This document shows positions 35,183 to 44,167 of a DNA stretch of 44,167 nucleotides, piece by piece; the stretch's first letter is position 1; every line of letters begins with the position of its first letter. The DNA is from Catajapyx aquilonaris (taxonomy: Eukaryota). Below the pieces are notes generated by a model. It had not been told where the DNA came from. It worked only from the letters and a program-made list of their open reading frames with translations, and did not search any database. A program made the translations under genes and the position numbers. The stretch is taken from assembly GCA_000934665.2 (NCBI GenBank), contig JYFJ02003266.1, positions 1 to 44,167 of the forward strand. Reading direction: 5' to 3'.

Positions 35183-36667
35183 TCACATCTTTGACCCATT
35201 GACAGAGAAGTCCACATCATACCACTGAAGCTGATGGGACAATTCTAGGACATGGTCAGGTGAAAGAATCAGCTCATCACCATGCAATTCAACCCTTTCC
35301 AAATACTCTCCACATGAATCCAAAATGATTGGGATCACATCCTCTTTCATGTCGTGGTCCCGCACCTTCAGTGTGCGCAACTCCTTCAGGTTGGTATTAC
35401 AGAGAATTTCGTAAACACTGGATTTGACAGACTTGTAGTAATTATTCACTTCAAGCATATTCAGTTCGCTACAGAAGGGAATGAGATACCTCACTTGTGG
35501 CACTGGAACATGGGTAATATTCAACTCTTCCAGTGCTTGAGATCCAGCATGTGGCATTTTACATGGGAGTGAATGTCCCACGTAATCACCATACAACAGC
35601 TCAAGACACTTTAGATTGGGAAAAATCTCCCTGATTCCTGCCACATTAATGCCAGTGCAATATTGAATGGTCAGAGACTTGAGATTTGGGTATGACACAG
35701 TCATGTTTTGCTTGAAGAGAGAATCTAGGCCAGTAGCACTACGCAAGTGTAATTGTTGCAGTCCAAACATGCACACGTCCATCAAGAAAAGAAGGTTTGA
35801 AGCAGTCCCGCAATATAATAATGTCAATCTCTTCAGGTTGGCTAGTTCCCTAATCGCATTTACATGAACATTGCCATCAATCATAAGGGTCAGTCCTTCA
35901 AGGTGTGGAAAATGGGTCACAACCTGTTGCAAAGAAGCAGTTTCAATTCCAGACCGGAATGCGACAATGTCATTCAACTGATAAGCACTTTCGCACAGTG
36001 GAAGAACTCTCCGGATGCAGCCACTGCTCATCCGCAATACCTCCAGATTGGGAAGATGGTCAAGCAGGTGTATGGCTACCTCAGGAGTCATGTCAGGGAC
36101 ACAAATTTTCTTCAGGTGCTTGCAGTTTGAGAGAAGGACAAATGTGGACGGCATTTCAAAATAACAGCTGGTAAAAGTCTCATAACATATTTCAATATCT
36201 TCCAAGCGTGGACAGTTTTCAACAACTTGTCGTAAGTGCCCTGGGTTGGTAATGAAAACCGTAATGGAGCGAAGGTTACCCATTTTGGGGAAACGAAAAT
36301 GTCGATTTCGGCGCATCTGGGGAAATGGAGAAATTACAGGTTCAATACTGATCAGATCACTCATGACATGAAGACCCCTTAATATCTGGTCACCCCAATC
36401 GGAAAATTCCCTTTTTTTCTTTTCGGTAATCTCGGTGCACTTGGGATGAAAAGCGCTAGTAATGTCTAAATAATACCTCCCGCTTGAACACAACTGAAGT
36501 ACTTGCTCCACATAATCGTTTGCAAACATATCCGGGATCTCCTGGACACACTGTTGAATCTCAACCTGTCTTCCATCCTCACTCTTTTCGCACCAGTCCA
36601 GTACGAAGGCGGCCAAGGCACGCAGGCTTGAGGCACGGAGAGTGGGGGGCTGCCTCTTCCTTGGCAT
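35183..36667 (-). CDS. Leucine-rich repeat protein (RNI/FBXL-like repeats) with BC-box-like N-terminus, ~494 aa, uninterrupted CDS
   Basis: Long ORF with repeats such as CPRLEDIEI, CKHLKKICV, LPNLEVLRM, FPHLEGLTL, YPNLKSLTI and FPNLKCLEL. Probable start MPRKRQPPTL at 36667, after a 5' UTR intron 36968-36671 (GAG|gtaagc ... cttgcag). AATAAA on minus at 35137-35132. Confidence 0.82.
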   Translation of the reverse strand: MPRKRQPPTLRASSLRALAAFVLDWCEKSEDGRQVEIQQCVQEIPDMFANDYVEQVLQLCSSGRYYLDITSAFHPKCTEITEKKKREFSDWGDQILRGLHVMSDLISIEPVISPFPQMRRNRHFRFPKMGNLRSITVFITNPGHLRQVVENCPRLEDIEICYETFTSCYFEMPSTFVLLSNCKHLKKICVPDMTPEVAIHLLDHLPNLEVLRMSSGCIRRVLPLCESAYQLNDIVAFRSGIETASLQQVVTHFPHLEGLTLMIDGNVHVNAIRELANLKRLTLLYCGTASNLLFLMDVCMFGLQQLHLRSATGLDSLFKQNMTVSYPNLKSLTIQYCTGINVAGIREIFPNLKCLELLYGDYVGHSLPCKMPHAGSQALEELNITHVPVPQVRYLIPFCSELNMLEVNNYYKSVKSSVYEILCNTNLKELRTLKVRDHDMKEDVIPIILDSCGEYLERVELHGDELILSPDHVLELSHQLQWYDVDFSVNGSKM

Positions 36668-36970
36668 GATCTGCAAGATGAATGGAACGGTCAGTATACG
36701 GTATAATACAATCATGTATGATGCAAGTATGAAAATAATTTCCATGCTACTAGGGCTGGACTTGCCTGAGACTTGGAGAGATGTGCTCTCGTGACACAGT
36801 GACCTCCAAAGATTGATGGTACGACTCGGTACCTGGCAATTTATGAGAGGAATTATTATTGAAGGAACAGCAAACAATAAGTCAGCGTCTTCCACGGCTC
36901 GTCTCGCTCGGTCTAAGATGCTATTATGATTGTTGATATGTTGTGGCCAATCCATGGTTGTGGCTTACCT

Positions 36971-36982
36971 CGTGACGTCACG
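36971..36982. promoter_or_regulatory. CRE/ATF palindrome at the 5' end of the LRR gene
   Basis: Perfect palindrome CGTGACGTCACG containing TGACGTCA. Confidence 0.4.
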
Positions 36983-39900
36983 GCCTCTGCCACTCTCGCC
37001 ATCTGTCGCCCGAGGGTGGAAATGAATGGCACACATGCTTCAAATGGCGCCCCAATTTGAAATTGAGTTGCCTCCAATGGGCGATGAAGGGTCTAGTCAA
37101 AGTCTAGTCAAGACAAAAGGGGTCGAAGGAGAATGAGCATGAATGCACACTTAGGATCCAGTTTTGGAAGATAAAGTGGATCAACTTTGAAAGGACATGT
37201 GTGTTCCGTACAATTGCAACATTATTGGCCACAAACCGCCAATGTGGCATTTGCACTTTAGAGTAAGTTTTATTTTGTGTGTTAGCATAACAAAGACTTT
37301 TAGGAAAGTGAATCATTTAATATGGACTGATATATTTCAATTGTTTCTACACAATATGAGCATGACGCTTTATTTCCCCGTCCTGGAATAAGTACGTAAC
37401 TTTTTGTTTCATTTTTACCCCAGTATGCGAACCATATATCGATATTATCCCACCATAAAAACCGATGTTTCTGGGAGAATGTCGCTTTCTGCACATTTAC
37501 CAGTACTAATATTATGACTTGTGAGTATAGAGGGCACCGTTTTTTAAATATTTCCCAAGTCATATGGAATGATATTTAGCGACAAAATGGCCATTCCATA
37601 TGACCTGAGCATGTTAGTGTGACATGTGCAGTACATGTGTTCCTATCGTGATGTGTTGATGACAATTAATAAAGATGTTAATGTTTTGTTTGGCATTTAT
37701 TAGGCTAACATTTACCTTGCTTTACCTGCGACAGAAGACTATCCCGGAATTAGAGAGATACAGCAGTATCACGGAATTAGGTGAATGGTCACGGAATTAT
37801 TTTGGTGAGTATTTCTTATTTGATAGAAAAATCCACAACTGAATATCTGAGTGAACTATGAGATTGTCACCACTGTTTGCATGTGCCACAATAAGGTGCC
37901 TAATATCAGTAATATGTGAAAAAAAAGTTCAAAAGGTTATAGAAATTAGAAGTAACCTATCAGTGTTTTAAAGTTACATGAGAATTTCCTTAGTATCACG
38001 GAATTATGTGATTTTACCTCTAATCAGCAGAACATGTAGGCCTACGTAACGGAATCTAAATGCAGCGAAGTCTTGTACATTTTTGGATATTTATTTGCTA
38101 CTGAAATAAATTATTCCAAAATATAGAGGATTTTGATAAATTTACTTTAAAAATTTTAATCACATATTTTTTTGTAATTGTACCGGGAACTTGTTCAGTA
38201 TAGACCATGGATTGTTCTAGGATATGAGCTAGCCTACTTCTCTACACGTAGGCCTATGTATTTGCCATAACTTAATTCGAATAAATAATAATGTCAACTG
38301 TACTGTACACACATAACTCAGGCGTCGGACCTGCACCTAAAAATACTTGCCGTAAAAGGTTTCTGCAATTATTATTCTTGTTTTTGTCGCTCTAATTTAT
38401 GTTGTGCAAACCAGTCGTTATCATCAGCTCCTGATCAGAAATAAACGTAACTAAAAATAAGTCAAATATATCTACAACACTGGCGTTCTCCGCGTTTAGA
38501 ATTTGCATGTGCTTATTGGAGCATCATCATAGCCATCATTCGTTCCCCTCCGGTGCATCTGATTGGGGGGGGGGGGATAGAAGCAATTGGCCAAGGTCAT
38601 TGGAATAGTGCCAGGGACAGGTGGGGACGGGAGTTGAAAGGTCAATCCAACAATAAAACCGAGGAGAGAAGATTCGAGATTTGAGCTCCCCCATGGTGAT
38701 TAGTAGGAGGGATTTGCGTGTGCTGCGTTGTAAAAAAAAAAAAAGCTCGTCTCTCTCGCCCCCAGCAGGTATACTGTATAGTTTATCCAGGTCCTGACAC
38801 ATGTGGCCCTGTACCCCCAGATTAGGGATATGCCAAACGAATGGGCCACAGGCACGCGACCCTCACTCTGATACTAATGCACCAACCTGCAGATCTCGGT
38901 CAGACAACACGACCCATTAGCCAACTAGCCAGTTTGTGGAGCATCACATATTATGCTCCCAATATGAAAACCACAGCAGTCAATTTCTCCTTCAAAATGA
39001 GGGGAATATGTGAACAAAATTATTATATTGTGTAGAGAATGATGTGCCCCTTGCTTCATAGCAACATGAAGAGCAAGAGAGGCGCTTGGGTTGTCTAACC
39101 GACAGGATGACAGGTTTCAGAACAAGAATTCTGGGCATTAAATATGTTAGATAATATATTAATAAATATTTCATAAATACTAATGCAGTATGCATGAAAA
39201 ACCGTCTGTAATATTTAATACGTAGGCCTAACACTAGGTGAAAAATGTGTGCTGCCAACAGTCTGATAGATATTCCTCATGTTGCGTAACACAATACTAC
39301 TTGCAATACTATAAATTGTGGCTCGCAATTAAGGAATTAATGAAGTGATTTGATTCCGCATTGAGCGCCACCTCATTTTCATAACCGCCAATTATTACAT
39401 ATCCAATATTGCGGTAATTTCAGTGCCCATTGTCAGCATAATGTTGAACAAGTGGCGAAATGTTTACCTATATACGCTCATATATTTTGCGCATTGTCTG
39501 CGTGCGTTTAAATGTCAATTTTTCTCTCTCTAATATTATCTGCAATGCTGCAGTGCCTCGCGATTCAATTGAAACGTTTCATAATATAACTACCCGACAG
39601 TATGTTTAATCAAGTGCGCTCAGGTCCAATTATTGCTGTTTTTCAGTTATTACAAAGAGAAGTAATTTTTTCTAGTACTCGCTCGCATTTACGTACGTAG
39701 CCTACAAGGGCAACTTATCTATCCAGATTGCGCATTTTTTCGGCCCTTCAGCGCAACACGTATTTTCAATTAGCCTACTCCATATCACAAGTAATATGCA
39801 AATTGCACATCTCGCAACCTGCCCATTTACCAATATTATGGAAACCACGAGATAAGAGTGTTTGAAAACGACGCCGATGGATGGCATCACCGTCGTCGGC

Positions 39901-41859
39901 GCCAAAGGTTTGCTGGCAGCGACGTGAACGACGTCGACGGCTACGAAATCGTATATAGAGATGCGCGGATGCTGCGGCGTCGAGTGAGGGGCGGGGGTGG
40001 GGGGTTGAATACAAAGGGGAGGGTGGGAGGGGGGGGCTGAGATCCGGTGGTATACACGATGTTGGAGGTTGGGATTGTCCCGCCAAAACCTGGCCGGCAG
40101 CCGCTCAAGTCACACCTCAACCAGAGAGTCCTTTGCAGCCTCGGGTTGCGCTGAAACTCCTGTGAGGACGGCACTCACTTCAGGTAACCTTTCATTTTTT
40201 TAAAAACCATTTTCATACCAGTTTCGTACCCATTTCCTTGAACCGATGTTGTTATTGTCCTGGGCCACGTGATATTATTTTTTTTTCCGCCCCAATCGTG
40301 TCACACCCCGACCCGCATCGATGTCTGCAGTACGTGCTGCAAAAACCTCGGTTGCTATGTTGGCCATTTTTTGTGTGGGATACTGTTCCACATTGCTCGA
40401 TACGGTGCCCGCGGATTAATTTGGGTGCTCGATTTTTCACAAATTGTGGGAATTTTTGCATTGAAGTGATTAGCTCGGAAATGTGTGAAAATTATGCGAA
40501 AATGTATGTAAATGTGTGTGAAATAATAGCCTACCCAGTGCAAAATTTTCGTATGGCCGTTTTTTTTGCTCTTAATCACTCACAGATTTCCCTGCGGTAT
40601 TTTGCATAGCATGTTTTATGCTGATCTGAAATATTAACTACACCAGAGTTAAACTGAATTTGCGAAATTTTCTTATGGCAGTAATATTTATTGCTTGTCG
40701 TCGCTCACAGTTTCGCTGAAAAAACTGAGCATGTTTTTCTGATGACCTGCACATTAAATATGAACTACACCTAGACATGGAAGCGATTTTTATTTCGCCC
40801 ATCACACATTTTTGCTGAAGGTCAACATGATTAAACTTCAATGGAAATACGGCTAATTACGTGCACTTGACCAAGCAGTGTATCTACAGGTACTTCCTAC
40901 GCAAAAGCCTGGAGGCTGCTGCAGTAACTCAAGCGCTCTCCGATAGAGCAATGTTTACTTCCGCATTCCCCAGCTTCCGGCAAAAGAGCTGCTCGTTCTT
41001 TCACGGGATAAAAATAATTGGAATTTGCGACATGCCTGGGTTGTATGAGGCGAATTAACAGGCGTCCATCACGCTCATGTTGTTTCAATTACATCCATTG
41101 CAGCTGCATAATTACTCCCTTCCATCCCACCCAGGTTTTTCCTGCAATTTGAGTGTCCCCATGGCTAATTAATCTGAATATTTGAAACCCATTATTTAGG
41201 GGTCTAGAGTCAATCTTCCGTGTCACCCGTGCGTTTGATGGGTGATCACGCGAACACGATCACCCCAGGAGTGCAGTGGGATTTGATAAGGGATACATGA
41301 AGACATCTTTCACTGCAGACAAATTAGTGGGGCCAAACTGTGGAGATTTAATGACAAAAATTAATGCAATTTCTTAGATTCAAAATACACGAATTCTGTG
41401 AACAGCTGAAAACTCGATTAATTGCATTGTCCATTTGCCAAAATTTGCCAGTTTCCTCTGTGGTGTATAAATCAGCACCTATGTTTAAAAAATTGTAGTG
41501 GGTGACATAACGCCTCAGAGTGCAGTGCTTTTGGATGAAATTAAACGAATCACTGTACTGTAAACTCTGAGAACAAAGACTCGATACAGGGAATTAGTTA
41601 CACCTCGCCAATCAGAACTGAAACCCGCTCCATTTCGCGTGAAATTGCACTCGGAAGACGTGGGAATGAACAAGTAACGAAGGTTCAGCCAAAGATCCTA
41701 GGAGGATCATCAGTTGAAACATCCTGAAAAAATACTTGTGACCCCTAGAATGGACGTACTGCATGATATAATATTTAATATCTAAATATGAAACTGCAAT
41801 ATTCACATGCCAATTTTTAGTACCTTTTTGGAGGAATGGCACATGTAAATGTCTAGCGT

Positions 41860-42720
41860 AGGCGTGTCCTTTTGCTGACTGTCTAAAAATTTCCGAGTAA
41901 AAATTTCAGTCAAAAAAGGAGCAATTTCACAAAATGCTCTTTTTGAATCAATTTCACACAAAACGAGTGGTGGTCTCATCAAGCAGAATAAATAGTGAAA
42001 ATCATTCAAATCGAGTGGAAACATTCGAAATTTTGTAGAGTGGCATACTCCACAGTTTCATCATAGGTGTGGAACTTTTTGCTGACTTTCTAAAAGATTT
42101 AGAGTGAAAATTACGTACACCCCAAAAAGAAGTAATTTCTCAAAATGCTCTTGGAGAGTGAATTTCACTCAAAACGAGTGGGAGTCAAATCAATGAAGAA
42201 CAAGTGAAAATCACTCAATCGAATGGAACACACTCGAAATTTTTGGAGTGCCCCGGTCCACAATTTTATACACGGTGCAGCATATTTTGGACTTGATTGT
42301 TTAAAAAAATCATATCGGCCTATTTCTTTGGTGGCTTATTGTTGGCAGGATCGGTGTCAGATCGATCGATAACACCTCAATCCCTATAGAAGAACATAAG
42401 TCGGTGTGTTCTTTTGCTCACTCTCTAAAAAATTTCGAGTGAAAATTTCACCCCAAAAAGTAAGCCATTTCTCAAAGTGCTATTTTTAAGCGAATTTCAC
42501 TCAGAACGAGTGGGAGTCAAATGAAGTGAAGAAAATCGAATGGGAAAACACTCGAAAAGTGCATGTTCCACAATTTTTATATGCAGTATAGCATATTAAG
42601 GACTTAATTTGCTCCCCCCCAAAAAATCCTTTTCGTCGATATTTTGTTGTTGTTGTTGAATGATTGTTGGCAGCTTTGGTGTCAGGCCGATCACACCTGC
42701 ATCCCCAGCAGAACATAAGT
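41860..42720. repeat. Diverged tandem array of three TIR-bearing ~165-bp units plus duplicated spacers
   Basis: Units at about 41878-42041, 42085-42250 and 42419-42560 share AATTTCAC..AAACGAGTGG and have ends like CACTCTCTAAAAAATTTCGAGTG / CACTCGAAATTTTTGGAGTG. Confidence 0.7.
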
Positions 42721-43594
42721 TTGAACAAAATCCCTGCTCGATGTTGATTTTCTCACCTATCCGTCCATGCAACCCCACCCACTCGGAGGAGGATATACCA
42801 CCCACCCAACCAACCCCTCTCCCATCCAACAGAGAGAGCTCTTGCACAGTGTGGAGTTGCGCCCCACGTCCAATCGATATACCCGCTAATGTTTCCCAGG
42901 TAAAAGGTATCCCCCTCTCCCGTAATTCAAATCCTCTCCTGGTCCTATACAAGCTCTCTCTGCCTTTCCTTCCAATTTCGTCCCCCTTTTCTTACAGAAT
43001 ATATACTCTCAAGTCATCCTCTCGTCTTTCCATCTCTGACCAAGTCTCTGACGCTGTTCCCTTGACAACATGACGGTCCACACACAGAGAGAGACCTCCC
43101 TTTGCAGCATCCACCCACCTCACAGCTCATCTATTAACCGGATCTCATATTACAGTCCACCCACCCAACCATGCACTCCATTAATTTATAACAGAGCATC
43201 CTAGGGCTTCGTATATGCAATTCAACCACAAAATGTAACGTGCTCGATTATCCGGTGGCGTCCGGATAAATACGGCAGCTGTGCAGAAATGAAAAAATGG
43301 CTTATTTATACTGTATTTAAATTCAACGTAATTTAATATTGTTAGGTCACAATTGTATCGACCAGCTCAAAAAAGGCTCACCTTCACGTGGCATGCAGTG
43401 CGTGGCTGCATTCAATTTCCGCACGTCCGTCATTGTTACGGTACATCATGTCGTACACATTGCAGGAGAGTGTGGGCTTAATGTGCACATTCAGGGTTAA
43501 CCGGCTCATGCACATTATTCAAGTCATGCTCATCTTTTTACGTAATAAAGCAGAAGTTTGTTGGTATTTATGTACTATGTCCCAGCACCTACGA

Positions 43595-43990
43595 CCTACC
43601 TAACCCATCACTTTCGGAGTACGGAGAGTTCTTAAACTTGGTACACTGACGTCTTACTGACTGATTCAGGGATAAGTCCGAAAACTGCACTTTTTTGAGT
43701 CTAAATACCCACAATTTAGGATGTAAAAAAAATGTTTTGGTGTCTCACCTGCGGACATTGTGGCACAGATTTCTTTTATTTATCAATCACCGTGCGAAGA
43801 ACCGGTCCCCTGCTAGTCTTACATAATAAATCAAAAAGTTTGTATGTCCGGGACAGGCCTACCTAACCCACTTTCGGACTACTGAGAGTGCTAAAACTTG
43901 GCACACTGATAGCTTAAGTGCCTCTGATTGATGGAAAAAATCTGAAAACTGTCCTTTTTGAGTCTAAATGACTAAAATTTAGGATCTTTC
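43595..43990. repeat. Diverged direct repeat, 263-bp period
   Basis: CCTACCTAACCCA..CTTTCGGA..AAACTTGG.ACACTGA..GAAAACTG..TTTTTGAGTCTAAAT..AATTTAGGAT starts at 43595 and 43858. Confidence 0.75.
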
Positions 43991-44167
43991 CGGTTAGCGC
44001 CAATTCTGGCACACTTTACCAGGGAAACAGGCCTTGCGAAGAACGGGCTCTGCTGCTAGTAAGTTACTCGCTTGAGTAAATGGCACACACAAAAATGAGC
44101 AATGTTCAAAAAATATATGTGGAGTATTTCAGTTAGCGGCTGAAATAAGTTTTACGAGTACGTATGG

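Noticed and set aside
36668..36955. First ~96 codons of the 590-aa LRR ORF
   Set aside because: Almost entirely within a canonical donor (36968) to acceptor (36671) interval, so more likely a 5' UTR intron.
37559..38060. 13-bp inverted repeat (37559-37604) and repeated CACGGAATTA words
   Set aside because: Possibly transposon subterminal repeats, but no ends or TSD could be defined.

Overview
Intron-rich eukaryotic genomic DNA, most likely from an arthropod (inferred from gene structure and TE types). Four protein-coding genes were reconstructed by hand from splice signals and reading-frame phase. (1) The 5' half of WDR47 (LisH/CTLH, minus strand); no WD40 exons were found, so they probably lie left of position 1. 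(2) The selenocysteine-specific elongation factor EEFSEC (plus, 5 exons, 542 aa), head-to-head with the putative WDR47 5' exon across a palindrome-rich tandem repeat. (3) Syntaxin-6 (minus, 7 exons, 270 aa), with a clear U12-type AT-AC intron. (4) An LRR protein with an uninterrupted CDS and a BC-box-like N-terminus (minus, about 494 aa). The most interesting unexplained structure is an apparent set of alternative first exons of WDR47: a non-coding one, an Arg/Ser-rich extension, and two internal phase-0 exons that would replace LisH/CTLH with either an 11-site PKA array plus a calcineurin PxIxIT-like motif or a Pro/His-rich region. Introns and intergenic DNA hold small non-autonomous elements (Helitron, Harbinger-, Sola-, Tc1- and Mutator-like MITEs, a tRNA-like SINE) and tandem repeats. 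All gene and family calls come from motif recognition only; no searches were run.
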